From assembly GCA_026770705.1 (NCBI GenBank), contig JANJGN010000041.1, positions 1,240,001 to 1,304,000 on the forward strand: a DNA stretch of 64,000 nucleotides, read 5' to 3'. Origin of the DNA: Isurus oxyrinchus. Its lineage: Eukaryota. A program made the position numbers and the translations under genes. This document shows positions 13,901-27,482 of the stretch, in pieces. The number at the start of each line of letters is the position of its first letter. Positions within the stretch are counted from its first letter, which is position 1. The notes beneath the pieces were generated by a model. That model had not been told where the DNA came from. It worked only from the letters and a program-made list of their open reading frames with translations, and searched no databases.

Positions 13901-14751
13901 GTTCTGGGGTTGGTAGAGAGGGTGAGCATCGAGTCACCTCCATTAAAAAATATGAGGATGAACAGTTGGCAGCTACATAACATTCAAGGTATGTGTGAAG
14001 TGTTAGTAAATGGAATTCGGTAGGTAAGGAAAGTTGTTTCTCAAGTGTCGATGCAGACTCGATGGGCTAAAAGATCTCTTCCACACCTTGTGATCATATG
14101 ATAAAGAAGGTAGTTCTGTCTGTCACTCACGGGAGGGTGATGGTCCACATGGTCTTACACGGAATCCTATGTCTCCCGCTTTTCTTTAGTCAATAGTTCC
14201 TTTCAACGTGTTGACACTATTCACCTCAACCCTTCCTCTCTTACAGAAATTCCCACGTCATCACCCCTCTTGTGTGCTGATGTTTATCCTGATTTACCTA
14301 TTCGATCGCATATTGCATCTCTTATCCTGTTGGACACCTAGAAATGGGTCACGGAAACACGTGGGAACATCTTCCTACATCTACCCTATCGAAATGTCCA
14401 TGTGTCACACAACAAAAACACAAAGTTATTCATATCTCTGTGACTGAGCGTAGACACCCTCTGTGCCCTTCTTTCAGTGGCAGTCCCCTACATTATGCTT
14501 GTAGCTACAACTCAGCACCGTACCACATGCAGTGGGGCGTGCGTTCATCTGTCCTTTAGTGGTGAACGGTGCTATATAAATGAGTCTTCGCCCTTGCTAC
14601 ATTGAATCCACACCCCATTGGATCTTGTGGAATCAGACCCAATAGGGCACCGGAAAAAAAAAAATCCTGCACAATTCCTGCTAACACCATTCCTCAGTCG
14701 ATGAATCCAACTTGAACAACATTTGGTGGAGACACTGTTATTCGCAAAGGC

Positions 14752-16002
14752 TGTAATCTAATTGAGATAGTCTAAATGAGTTATTTTGTTGAATGTAGGT
14801 GTTACAATTGCATATTAGCTTTAAGGTTTAAGTTTGATTTGTATTCTTGTTCCTGTGTGTTAGGAAAATGTCAAACTGAGATTCAGTTTCACTTTAAAAT
14901 GGTACCAACATTTGTAATGAGGCATTGTCCGACAGTTGCAGCTAAGGTAATCAAACATGAGTGGAAGATTTGGGCCGCATGGTATTAGAAATTTAGGCCC
15001 GCTCACAGGCACACACACAAAAAACCTTGACACAGCAGTTTTGATTTGGAAGCAGTTGGATTTTAGCAGGTTTTTAAGGTAGCTGCCATGCAGGAACAGC
15101 CTAGAAGAGGTTGGATAGCCCAGCCCAAGCAGAAGGAACCCTCAAGAATCCAAGGAAGCGGAACATGAGAAAGCCCCAAACAGAACTTCGTGTTAAAGGG
15201 AGGACAGAATCCTGGAAAAGCTCCTGTTAGGTGGCGCTAAGAGTGAGGGTTCGAGAAGGACTCCATGCTTCAAGTTTAAAGTGTGAAGACTCAGAATGCA
15301 GATGTAAAGTGAGAACAGCTAGCAAGAGCCAAGAAGGTCAAAAGAGGCAACTGAGGCCCTGTAACACTTTGCTCTCGGCAATTGAAGGAGTAGTTCTTTT
15401 TTTGGCGGAGTATTTGTGAGACAATTCATTACAACAGTTTGGATGTATCTTGTGGCCCAGAGGAGAGGAAGATCAGAAGGAGAGTCACTGAAACGAACAT
15501 TTGTGGAAGGCTTCTGGTTTAGCAGATGATTCCAAGCAGAGAGAAAGAGTTTGGAAGCCCTCGTGTGAAAGATGGGGCTCACTGAGACCAGCTTTCTCAC
15601 TTTGTGACAAGCGTTGGGCCGATTTGAGGAAACATTCATTGCATCTGGTTGTGTGGCATCTGCCACATGATTTCAGAGTGTTGTGTACATGACTGCATTT
15701 TGCCTACTGGACATTATACTTACTGTGAAAATTAGAGTGTAAGATAGTTTTGTATCTTGTGTTATCTTTACAAACCTTTATACAACTGTAGTTGTGGGTG
15801 AAGAAATATTGTTATATATTTGAAATTTTATTCTTTAATAAATGTTGTGCCCTTTTGCTAAACGTTCCTCAGATGACTCCAGTGACTCTTCAGTAGCCCC
15901 ATCCACTTATCTTAAGAAACAAATAAAAGTGAGGGTCTTGAAATTTGGGTTTCAACTTGGTATCACGTTTGTACAGGGTTAAACGCAGCTGGGATGGCAA
16001 TA
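14752..16002 (+). mobile_element. Probable solo LTR
   Basis: Starts TGTAA, has an internal AATAAA, and ends CAGCTGGGATGGCAATA, resembling the terminus of the 43464-45263 element; no clean TSD. Confidence 0.4.
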
Positions 16003-16409
16003 TAGCACATGATGTAAACTGGGTGTAAGGGGTCTCCAATGCCGTGGAGTAACAGTGACTTAGCAGCAATATTGTTGAACGAATTTGCTGAGTCTTGATG
16101 GATATATCAAACGGGCTGGAAGGGAAGGAAGGTTCCTGTCCTTTCATTAACTCGAAAGCATGATTGAGACTTCCTACATTTCCATTCCCTTCGACTCTTG
16201 GAGGCCTTCTTTAGCTTGGAACTGACTATCTGCCCTCTTTTAGGCTTTTCCACACTGGCAACTATCTTGAAAACTTGCTGAAATCCAACAGCTTCCAAAA
16301 CTAACCTGCTGTTCCTAGCTTCTGCGTGCGTTTCTGAGAGAGGAGCTGCCTTTCTAAGCCCCCATGAGCAGGCAATAGCCAAAAACCTCCATTTTATACC
16401 ACTTCCATC

Positions 16410-16900
16410 TCTCAGTGGCAGGCGGTGAGAGATGCAACAACAGGGGTTAACTTGTTTGCCCCTGTCCTCACTGATCTACCATTGAGCAGATGAATTTCTC
16501 CATGGTGGATATCAGCAGGAGTAACTGGCACAAACTCTTTGTAGGGGCACAGTGCAGTCTTCACTACGATGACACCTTCCATCGTGATATCTGTCACTCT
16601 CAACTGTGTCCGGCAGCGCAAATGCAGGCATCCTTGGGGTACTGTGGGCCATCTGCCACAGAGGCAGGATTGAGCAAAAAGGTAATCTGTAATCCGATGT
16701 CCTGGCACAAACTTCATTCTCCCACTGAGCTGTGTGTTTACAGACAAATCATGCAAGGTAGCGGTACAGGGAAATAGAACGCAAGCAATTTCTCATGGGC
16801 AGTTCGGAGTAGTCAAGAAATGTTCACGTCGCAAGTGGGGCACATTTTCGAAGAATGGAGAGGTGAAGAATATGGAAGAGGGTGGAATGCCTGTTGGGGT
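16410..16900 (+). mobile_element. LINE APE/RT-linker fragment (second family)
   Basis: Plus-strand counterpart of the PTRG..LDL..TN...SDHRT segment at 18820-19113. Confidence 0.55.
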
Positions 16901-18779
16901 TCACCCTGCACCAATTTTGGATACCATTTTGCCAACCTTCCAAAGCGTAGTGCTGGTGTCGGGCTGCTTATCAGCCTGTTAAACATTTGCCTTGATCACG
17001 GAACTGACTGGTCGTCAGTAGCTGTACCGTATGACAGCCTTGGACATGGGCACCAGGATCTTAAAAACGATTCGCCCCAGCACAAACCCCAGCTGCTTCC
17101 CTGCCGTCTGTGTGCAAAATGCACAGGCTGGAATTCCACAAGGTTGTGAAAAATGTGTGATCTGAATCCAGGGGTGCACCATTGCCAGGGGACCTTAATA
17201 CCTTTGGGCCACGGAAACCTATCAATTCTACAGTTAAATATTAGAAATAGATCTCGCACCTGTTGTTTTTTTAAAGAAAGGAGTTACCAATGTGTATCAC
17301 CCCTTGTGTATGGCAGTTTTACCTAAATGTTGTACAGAGCAGCCTGACTAGGCCCTTTGGACTCTGTCTCATAGCCTGAGTGTCGTCAACCAGTGAATAT
17401 AATTTTTCTTTATCAGCCTTATATGTTCCACTTAACACCTTAAATACTTCAACCCAACCACTCTGGAACGTTCCAAATTCCAGGGAGTACATGGATTATT
17501 TTTGTAATCTCTGACAGTCTATTTTCCCTTGCCGCCCAGGTATCATTTCTGGTAAACGTGTCCTGCATTCCCTTCACGCCTGACAACTCACATTAGGGAA
17601 AATTGTCAATAGTTGATTCGTCTCTCTCTCCCTATTCCTCTCTCTCCGTCTCTCTATCTCATTCCATTCTTAAGCAAGAGAGTGGCTTTCAGAATTACGC
17701 AGCCTCAATGAATAATTCTAGAATGGATGGAAATCCGGGGAACTATAGACTAGACATCCGCAATTTATCAGCTGTTTCCTTCAATCGCTGGCATGCAAAC
17801 TATCTGACCCTGGGTTTTTGGCATCCAAATGTCCCATTATTTTCTCCACGTCCATTATGTTGCTAATTCTAGGTCTTCATGAGTATTATTTTTCAAAAAA
17901 AATCAGGCTATATGTTATCTTCACTGGAAGGGCCAGAACATCTCTGCAAACCTTCATGATTCTCAACCAATTGTAAGAATGCTTCGCTACAACATAGCGA
18001 TCTTAGCTAGTGCCCTAGTCTGACAATTCTCGACCAATGGAGAGTGAGAGATTGACTTTCCTACAACAATATAGCCTTAACTTGTGCCAGTTCCTAACAA
18101 TTCTAGCTCTGAGTCCACAATTCTCGCCATCGGCTTCCAGTTTTGGCTTGTGGTGAATGAGAACTCTGGACCCTCCGGAGCCAAAGGTCAAAATGCTTCC
18201 CAGCTCCAACTCAGTTCCATTCTGTGCTGCCTTTTCTCCTTAAAGCTAATTTACAACACTTTGTCATTTATAGAGCTGCCAACTATAGGTCAACTTAACA
18301 ACATTCCAAAAGTGGATAGGAATTGCGATCTTATATTCCTCAGCTGATATGAAGCACCGTTCGTAACCTGAGCCTGGACACATAGAGCCAATACGTCAAT
18401 GCATTGACGGACCAGAAGGTTGGAAACTCAGGTATGCCTGCTGCTGGTCTTGAAATCGTCTCCTGCAGTCTGGAACTGAGTTTGTAATTGGGAAACATGT
18501 TGCTTTTGATCTTTGGAGATTCTAGAATTATCATTCAACAGATGCCAAAACTGAATGCCAATTGGCTAAAAGGGTAGACTGAGGTCTAAAATTGTAAGGA
18601 ACGTGCACAATTTAAGGCTAGATTGTTGCAGAAAAAATCAGATGTTCTCATTCCATTGGCCGAGAACCATGCTTGATTCCTTGTTTTAAAGGTCATGGTA
18701 GGATGAAGAGTATGCCGGGCCATGATCTTGAGATTATGTCTGAAATTAATTTTGCTGCTGCTGATTTCCCAAAGGGCCT

Positions 18780-19660
18780 CATGGATATTGAGATTTGAGC
18801 TGCGTGAAATGTTTTGAATCTATCCCATTGACAGTAATGCACATAGCACAACACACTGAAGTGTCTCCCCAGTTTGAAGACAGAAGTCTATTGTCACAAG
18901 GAGTGTGCGGTGGCCATGCCTACCACCACCTTCAGAGACAGATGCATCTGCAGCAAGTACATTGGTGATGATGAGGTCAAGTACAATATTCCCTCTGGTT
19001 GGTTTACCTGTCTCAGGTCTATTTAGCCTATCGCGGCTCATCCACCTGGGTCTGTTGTGGTGACCAAGAGCCACTCTTGGTGATGGACATGCAGGTCCCA
19101 CAGTAGAGAACATTCTGTGCCCATGATACGCTCAGTGTTTCTTCCATAAGGTGTTTCGAATTGATCAGATTCTGGAGAGTGATAAGTGGGAATCAGCAGG
19201 AGGTTCTGATTCCCGTGTTAGCCCTCATGTTTTGTAACATAATAGAGACTGTATTTAATGCTGAGCCCTCCCAATGAGAACCCATACCTATTGTATTTCC
19301 TTGTGCCGCCATCCCGTTACCTTCCTCCTGTCAGCGGGGCATCACACACACAAGAATATGGGTGGCAAACCTGTGCCATTGGCTGTGAAGTTCTGATTCT
19401 GATAGCATGACAATTCAGGAGCTACAAGCTCCCAATGAGAAAATCCTGTGTTCTACACGTATGCCTAAATTGGAGCTGAAAGATGACAACATGACCCTTG
19501 CATTTTCTAACATCTCCTCCCTGCCTGCTGGTCAATATGGTGACACAGCGATCCGAGTGAGAAATTACACATGGAGAAGAGGCGGTAATCAATGCAGCCA
19601 TTTTTATGCAAATGATTCAAAAAGCAGCGTGGAAGGGGTCATTGGATCCATGCAATGAAT
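18780..19660 (-). mobile_element. LINE APE fragment (second family)
   Basis: ORF 18820..19113 KPTRGNIVLDLIITNVLAADASVSEGGGRHGHRTLLV. Confidence 0.7.
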
Positions 19661-19964
19661 GAAGGAAATTAAAGTCAATCTCAGCCAAATCCACAGGTTG
19701 ACCTGGCAGTACGATATATTCACTTTTGCAAACCCCATTCAGCCTCACAACACTTAAAAATGAATCAGCACTTCCAGCGCATTAAGGCCTCTTCATCATT
19801 GCATCCTCCCATTCTACTTGCCACTGCTTCATCGCGAAATCCGAAGGTCATAACAGCCAAGCAATTTATTGAACAATCGATTTGAGTGTCAAGCTTTTGT
19901 TTCCTGATGCAGACTGAGAGCTCAACTATGGGTGGTGATGATAGCATGGCGGAACATGGGGGCA

Positions 19965-20435
19965 AGAGCTGTGCACAGTGCATGTACTGTGGTCTAACCC
20001 ATCGATAGGAAGGCCACGGCTGCACACAGTGCTCCGGGTGTGGTCTAAACAAGGCATATGGAGAGCAGAGCTGTGCACAGTGCTCCAAGTGTGATCTAAC
20101 CAAAGGATATGGAGACCAGAACTGTGCACAGTGCTCCAAGTCTGTTCCAACCAATGGATATTGAGACCAGAATTGTGTGCGTACTCCAACCTTCGTCTAA
20201 GCAAGGAATATGGAGACCAGAAATGTGCACAGTGCTCTGAATGCTGTGTAACCGAGTGATATGGAGACCAGGACTGTGCATAGTGCTCCACGTGCGGTCC
20301 AACGGAGGGATATGGAAACCAAAATACTGCACAGAGCTCCGAGTGTGGTTGAACTGAGGGAAGCAGACAACAGAACTGTGCATAGTGCTCCAAATGTGGT
20401 TTAACCGAAGAATACAGACACCGGCACTGCGCACG
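19965..20435 (-). repeat. 51-bp minisatellite derived from the CR1 ORF2 motif LVRPHLEYCAQFWSPY (about 9 units)
   Basis: Plus-strand unit approximately AGAACTGTGCACAGTGCTCCAAGTGTGGTCTAACCAAGGGATATGGAGACC; the minus strand repeats PLVRxHLEHCAQFWSPY. Confidence 0.85.
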
Positions 20436-20530
20436 TTGCTGTGACTGTACTAGAAGTGAGGTTTATGGGTCCAGCCATATTCAGAGTGCTCCAATTTTGT
20501 CAAACCGAGATGAACAGAAGTGAAAAAATA

Positions 20531-20647
20531 AAAACAAAAAAGCTGCGGAAGCTGGAAATCAAAACAAAAACAGAACTGCTGAAGGGTCATGAGGACCCGA
20601 AACGTCAACTCTTTTCTTCTCCGCCGATGCTGCCAGACCTGCTGAGT
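20531..20647 (+). mobile_element. Rearranged Penelope-associated short repeat with a degenerate hammerhead-like motif
   Basis: CTGCTGA-A-GGGTC-ATGAG-GACCC-GAAAC-GTC-AACT at 20576-20610; the family assignment is from recall of shark repeats. Confidence 0.5.
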
Positions 20648-21714
20648 ATGAACAGAGGTAACCTTCTGCCCAACTAGCAGGGTGCATCCTTTGTCGCACT
20701 TGGAGAGAGAAGAAATGTCCCATCGCACCACACGGGAACCTGATGGGGGGAAAATGACAGAAAACCATAGCAAAACATAATAAAGAGAGAGAACATAAAG
20801 TTCACTCAAGAAATGTTGATTCTAGGGATTATCCCAAAGTGGGAGAAAGAGGTGGAGAGGATTATAGATGGAATAACAGATTCGAGGCTCCAGCAACCAA
20901 ATGCTGTGCTGCTAATGGCTGATCCTTCAGTCAATGTCTGGAAACACAGAGGATGCCAGAATTCAAGAGTTACCAATACTGGATTAGTTTTTTGGCTGTG
21001 GCTGATTACAGACGTAAGGAGGTGGTGGGCTGGTTCAGGGATTTGGAAACAGGGTATATGCATGATGCACGATATCACCGTGTGACAACAGATAGATTGG
21101 CAGTACAAGGAGACCGGGAATAAATACTTCGTGGAATGAGCTTAAATTTGAAAACTAATGCAACATCTTAAAAACTGATTTTGATAGCTTTCCCTTTGGA
21201 AATCCTTTAATGTCACAGCACCAACGTACATTGATGGAGTTCCGACGCATATTAGCTACAATCCACTTGAAATTAAGCACAGCATCGATGGTGTTAATGG
21301 CCTCCTCCTACCTCTCTTAATGCTTCTTTGGCTTGTGTACTGAGAGATGAACTATCCACCTAATAAACATCTTGTAATCGCTGCTCCATCAGCAGTAATG
21401 GGGTGTACCAGCGCCAGGAACACAAGCAGCAAAAGCAGTGCTTTCCTCATTCTCCACTCATATCATCCCAGGTCACAATGAGATAGCTGGAGCACAGACA
21501 ATCTTTATATGAAGACATTGCATACTGTAGCTAAAACTGTCACACGCACTCCTTCGGAAGACCCCACCTTCGGAAATTTGAAGGGACAGTTAACCGAGTC
21601 CAATATTAACTGGAAGCAACTAGTTTTTCATTCATCAGCGATGAGACAGATCGGAATAATAATTGAGCTCACAAAGGTTTATAGGAATCTTAAAATCAGC
21701 CTCGGTCTCTACGG

Positions 21715-21915
21715 GGAGAAGAGTTGGGAGCTCTCTATCTTGTTACCTGAGGCGAATGTTCATCCATCCATCAACAAAGCGAACACACGTTATCTGGTCA
21801 GTATTGCCTTGCTAGTGGTAGCTTGCTGTACACAAATTGGCAGCCACAATTTGTAGATTCTAGCAATGACTGCCGTCAACAATGTCCTGGTGAAAGGTGA
21901 CACAAAAGCTTAATC
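21715..21915 (+). mobile_element. Deu-domain SINE fragment (SacSINE1/AmnSINE-like)
   Basis: TTATCTGGTCAGTATTGCCTTGCT..GCTTGCTGTACACAAATTGGCAGCC resembles the Deu-domain core. Confidence 0.6.
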
Positions 21916-22309
21916 TCTTTATCAACATTGCTTTCTCTCTCTCACTTTCCTTACTTTGTCCTCTTGTCTGACTGTTCCCCCTCTCTATTTCTCAGCCCAC
22001 TGTTCTAATAGTGGGGCTTACTTAGTCATTATGTTTTGGGTCTATTTATTTTGTTTTATAAGACTGTTAGTGTTTGGGCCAGCCTCTCTGATTTAAGTGC
22101 ATGAAGGGAGGTCATGTAATTCATCCTGCCTGACAGTAAATGTGGGTGTGTAATTCTTAAAGTAAAAGAAAATCTTCCGTTGTTAAGTGAGAAGGAGGTG
22201 CCAGATATTTTTAATTGGAGAGAACGACGTCTCTTTTTAATTCTCACGTGAACAGACACTTAGTCTGCAAAGGCCTGGATAGGCTTTTATCAATACAAAA
22301 TGCAACCGT

Positions 22310-22700
22310 TTGTTGGAACTTAGGGACAAAGGACTTTATAGCAGTAGACGTCCATTTAGGCCCTTGAGACTGCTCCACCAATCAATGAGATCACGGCTCA
22401 TCTGGTTGTCTCTCAAAGACACTGTGTCACTGGTCCCACCAGCATGCTTGAGTCACTTGTCTATCAAAATCCAATCAAGTTCTACCTCGAATAAATGCAA
22501 TCACCCTGCCTACACTGTTTTCTTAAGGAGAACATTCCACACATTAATGAGCCTTTGACAGATATGGACAATCTCCTCATCTCATTCATAAACAAAGATC
22601 TCTTATTATTCATCTGTCCCTATTGGTTCTAGTCTCCCTCATAAGTGGAAAATCCCTCCCGGTATCTCCCTTATAAAATACACTCCGCATACGAAATGCT
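22310..22700 (-). mobile_element. CR1 LINE 3' end
   Basis: Similar to 12115-12400 (..CCACCAATCAATGAGATCACGGCT..). Confidence 0.6.
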
Positions 22701-22989
22701 GTAGTTTAACGTTGTGCTATTCGAAATTCCAATGTTTGTGGGCATACACTGTCCAGACTTACCTCATTAGACAACTTCCTCATCATCATGATGTATCCTG
22801 TCTCTTCGTTACTAAGATGTAAGGTCATTGTGATCATGGGTCGCTGTTCAACATTTCTACGTTCATACAAAAGTAACGTGCCTTCTGGAAGAGGATTAGA
22901 GGAAGCCATTTTGTGATCAGGTTACAGGCTTCCCTATGAACCCATTCAAATCAGAGGCAGGCTGTGATTCTTTTTGTTTATTGGCAGGG

Positions 22990-23530
22990 TTTGCAGTTTT
23001 GGTCTGGTGTGGTCAGTGGACATATGTGAGATACATGGGCAACAAAATAGAGTGAGATAGTGTCGGCCTGGGATGGTCCACGTACATCTTTAGTATTGTT
23101 GTAAACTGTGTTTTCCCTGATGCCATTAGAAATCAACGAATTTGGGGTCATTACAGAACTTCCCCCTCCTGGATGCATGCCACTGTGCCCTCTACTCCGC
23201 TGGTTCTGTCCTGCCAGCAGTACCAGCTACTCCCAGGGATGGCCATGGGTGAGCGGGGGACATTGGCTCTAAGGTATGATTTTGTGAGCCGGACTATATT
23301 GTAGTTACAATATACCAATATGGTCCTGCCATTCCCCTTCCTCTCTGTCAACGTGGAGATACACATATATGAGTGAGCAATGAGACATGGACAAGAGGCG
23401 GTGATCAGTGCAACCCGTTTTATTCACAAGATTCAGAAAGGAAATGTTCAGAGGTCATTGGATCCACCAATGTTTCTCTGCCTGAATGGCAGACATTACA
23501 GTGAGAGTCAGTATGAGACTCAGACAGGCG
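22990..23530 (-). mobile_element. LINE 5'/APE fragment (second family)
   Basis: ORF 23151..23366 LTKSYLRANVPRSPMAIPG..QDRTSGVEGTV matches the APE motif LTESYL..IPGY..QDR..GGGTV. Confidence 0.7.
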
Positions 23531-23764
23531 TCACACTGGTAGAGATTCCTTCATTGTAGCTCAGGGAGCCAGCAGCACGTGTAAGGCCAGACACGCTGCC
23601 AGGTGACCAGTGTTTCAAGATGGCGACGCTGGTCATTTCTACAGTTTCCTCCTTTTCTGACACATTCGAGGCTCCAAGCTGGAAATCAGAATGGAAGGGA
23701 CAACAGGCAAGGTTTTTGAGCGTTCAGCACTGCTCGAACCCACATATAATTAGACATGTAACGC

Positions 23765-24230
23765 ACACAGCTCTGCAATTGTGGACTAACAAGGGAATAT
23801 GAGGGCAAGAACAGCACAATACTCCAACCAGGTCCTAACTGAGGGATATTGAGACCAAAACTGTGCGCGATGCCCCAGCTGTGGTCTAACCAAGGGATAT
23901 GATGACCAGAACTGTGCACAGTGCTCCAGCCGTGGTTTAACCAAGGGATATGGAGACCAGAACAGTGCACGATTCTGCAGATGTAACCGAGGGATATGGA
24001 GACCTGAAATGTGCACAGTGCTCCAGAACGTACCAATATATATATTAAACCAGAAATGTGCACAGTGCTCCACGTCTAACAGACGGGTATGGAGGCCAGA
24101 ACTGTGCACAGAGCTCCAGATCTATCCGATGGATATGGAAACCAAAACTGTGCACTGTGCTCCAGATCTATCCGACGGATAACGAGAACAGAGCCGAGCT
24201 CAGAGCTCCTATTGTGGATAAACCACGGGA
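23765..24230 (-). repeat. Second 51-bp CR1-derived minisatellite (about 9 units)
   Basis: Same unit as 19965-20435; ORF 23786..24109 FWSPYPLVKPRLEHCAQFWSSYPLVRPQL. Confidence 0.85.
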
Positions 24231-25604
24231 TACAAGGAACAGAAATTTACGGATTGAGAATTATGCAATTTATAAAAAAACAGCAAGAAAATAAAATCAC
24301 TCAATTGCCTTTTGGGAGCATCTTATAATATCATTCCACACAGAGTCAAAACAGCAGTTATTTTTGACAGGTGACTCAACATGCACCAAAAGAGGTTGGA
24401 TTGAATGACCATCTCCAGGCAGCAGAGAAAGGTGTGCATAAGGTTATACTGGGGAATCTCCAGCCTCGGCTCCAGGCAACTGATGGTACGGTCGCTTACA
24501 GCAAGTAACTTATAATCTTGGAACGGGTAGAGTGAGAAATTGGTGGGACGCAGGTATCTGGAAGATTTTTTGGGCTCGAGGAGATTACAGAGTGTCGGAG
24601 GATCGTGATAATGTTGGGATTTAGAAACGATTAATACAAAATATCACCAAGGGACAGCATGTGGATGGGAAATTCGAGGAGAATGAGGATAGCTCTTCGG
24701 CGATAATAGGTGAGGTTGGATTACAAAAAAAACACCCAATTTTTGAAGAAGGCTAAAATAGAGACCGACATCTTGGTCTTTGGAAAGGTTTATATTGATA
24801 ATGGAACCAAAATTGTCCAATGGGCTTAAGACATATATCAGCAAAGAGCAAATTGAAATATAAAACTGGCTTGAGGGGCTGAATGGCCTCCTCCTGTGGT
24901 AATGACTGCTTCTGAGAGATAACCTCCGTGGATAACAACCGATAAGCATGGACTCCACCACCATCACCAATCCAAATACCAAGACAGTGCTTTCCACATC
25001 TGCCCCTCAGCTCCCCAGAGTCACAGTTGGATGACTGGTGTACACATGATCTTTATATGAACTGAGAGAGAATTATGTCGCTAATAATCGTTGGCACCGT
25101 GAGGGCTGGATGTACGTTGGGCAGGTTAAAAGAACATTTCACTAAATGAGGCCGGCTGTAACTGTAATCCCCGGCTAAATGTCTCTCCCAGGCCGGATTT
25201 TATTAATCAACAGATAGACGGATCTGTGTAAAGATTGAGCATGTGAAGGGTTAAAGGAATTGTTCTCTGTGTTTAAAATAAGGAACAATCTTCAGATTAA
25301 GGGGGCCATTTGGCCCACGGAGTCTCTGTTGGCTCTGTGAAAGGGCTGCTGAATTATGCCCCTTCAATCTCTTCTCTTTCCCGATTGCCACGCTATTATT
25401 TTTACAGTGCCCCATTTGAAAGTTACCATTGAATATGCTCCAATATCTTTTTGGCAGCGCATTCCAGATCACAAAAGCTTTCTGTCAAGAAGACATTCTC
25501 TTCACCTTCTCTCCACTTCCTTTGTGAATTATTTTCAAACTAATTGTACTGATATCCAGATCTGTGCACTGTCTGAAATATCCCAGCACATCTATTGGAA
25601 GTAG

Positions 25605-25835
25605 AATTGAAGAGTTCGAGATGCGATTGTCCCAATATTTATCCATTGACCACTATCAAAAAACCAGATTCGCCAGACATTATGCCGTTGCTGCTTGTGG
25701 GATCTTGCCATGCACACGTTGACATTCATGTTCCCCACTTCACAAAAGTGGGCAAATGTCAACATTATTTCACTTTCTGTGGAAACTCTGGGATATGCCG
25801 GGGCTCTGAAATGTATGATAGACAAGTCTCCCTTT
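25605..25835 (+). mobile_element. Deu-domain SINE fragment
   Basis: CCAATATTTATCC..CAGATT..TTGCTGCTTGTGGGATCTTGCCATGCAC. Confidence 0.6.
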
Positions 25836-25859
25836 CATTTTCTTAGCATTTCCACTCAT

Positions 25860-26225
25860 TTCCCTCTAATCCCCTCCGCCCCCACCCAGCCCTCTCTCTC
25901 TCCCTCCCTCTTTCTCTCTTTCTTTCTATCTCCGTATTTCTCACCCCCAGTTTCTACCTCGATTGCTCCCTCACTCCTTCTTACTCCCCCTCTCTCCTCC
26001 TCTCTCTCTTTCCCTCCCAATCTCTGTCTCTCCCTCTGCCTTCCTCCAACCTTCATTTCTCCATCTTCCCATTGCTGCTTCTAGATTAATATTTCTTGCT
26101 TGGACAGGTTCTATTAATATTTCATATTATTTGTGTCTCCTTTTCATTCGCTCTATTTCTGCCTCTTCCTCCCATCCTATCTTTCTGAGTCCCTCACCCC
26201 TGCCTTATCAGTGTCTTTCTTAAAT
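25860..26225. repeat. CT-rich low-complexity tract
   Basis: Pyrimidine-rich composition. Confidence 0.75.
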
Positions 26226-26239
26226 TGTGTGCGATGGGC

Positions 26240-26960
26240 TCACTGGTTAGGACAACGTTAAATGCAAATTGTTCTATGCTCTTGAGAAGGTGGTGGTGAG
26301 CTGCCTTCTGAAACAGCTGCAGTACATCTGGTGCAGGTGCACCCACATTGCTCTGAGGGTGGGAGTTCTACGATATTGTCCCAGCGACAGTGCAGGAACG
26401 GAATACATATTTCCATATTAGTGTGGTGAGTGGCTCGGAAGGGGACATAAAGGTTCCCATCTGCCTTTTGCCCTTCCCATTCTAGATGGTAGGGGTCGTG
26501 GGTCTGGGGGCGCCTTCAAAGGACAGTTGGTGGGTTGCTGCAGTGCATCTTCTAGATGGTACATACACTGCTGTTGCTGTGCGTCGGTGGCGGCGGGAGT
26601 TAATGTTTTTGGCTATGATGCTGATCAAGTGGGGCTGCTTTGTCTTGAATCGTGTCGAGCTTCATGAGTATTGTAGGAGCTGCACTCATTCAGGCAAGTG
26701 GGAATGATTACGTTGCACTCCTGACTTGTGCCTTTTAAATCTTCTTTTTGTGATGTCAGGAGGTGAGTTACTCCACGCAGCATTCCCAGCCTCTGACCTG
26801 CTCTTGTAGCCACATTATTAAAATGGATGTTCCAGTTCAGATTCTGGTGCATGGTAACCCCTGGATGTTCACAGTGAGGAATTTCGTGATGGTAATTGCA
26901 TTGAAAGTCAAGGAGCGATTGTCAAATTCTCTCTTGTTGGAGATGGTCATTACCTGACAC
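26240..26960 (-). mobile_element. 3' part of the second LINE family
   Basis: ORF 26625..26852 LNWNIHFNNVATRAGQRLGMLRGVTHLL is an RT C-terminal region; reverse complement of the 12410-12856 type. Confidence 0.7.
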
Positions 26961-27482
26961 ACTTAAATACAAGTGTTGGGTACAAAATCAGGTGAGGTTT
27001 CTCTGAACAATAGTTAATTCCGTTTTAGGCCGTGGCTAGATTAATACATCCATCGCTGATCACCAGACCATTGCCTGTGATTAGGTTGGGGCGAATGATT
27101 TGGTTTTGCTGAGTCTGGAGAAGAGTTACACAGGTGGTTAAATAATTCTAATTTCAGGCCACTGTCGGTTTGTTAGATAATTGCCCCTAACGCAGAACTA
27201 ATCTTTCCCCTTTCGCTATCCTGTCTGACTCCTTTTAAGAATGTCCTGTCCCTGGATTTGATCCAGCAGACCACTGCCCACCTGTGGGGACAATGCACAA
27301 TCACTCAAGTATTTAGCGTCCACCTATCATCAGATTAATTCATCTAATACTGTGATATACTGTGTGCAGATGCTTCATTAGAAGTGTATATATCTAGAGA
27401 CAAAAGTACACGTGCAAAATGTCATCGTAACCTTCGTTAGGGTTGTGAAGATGATGTGGGAATATTGTGGGAAAAGGCAAGA

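Noticed and set aside
19965-20435. CRISPR-like periodic array (also 3771-4184 and 23765-24230)
   Set aside because: The units are head-to-tail homologous with no unique spacers, the DNA is vertebrate, and there are no cas genes.
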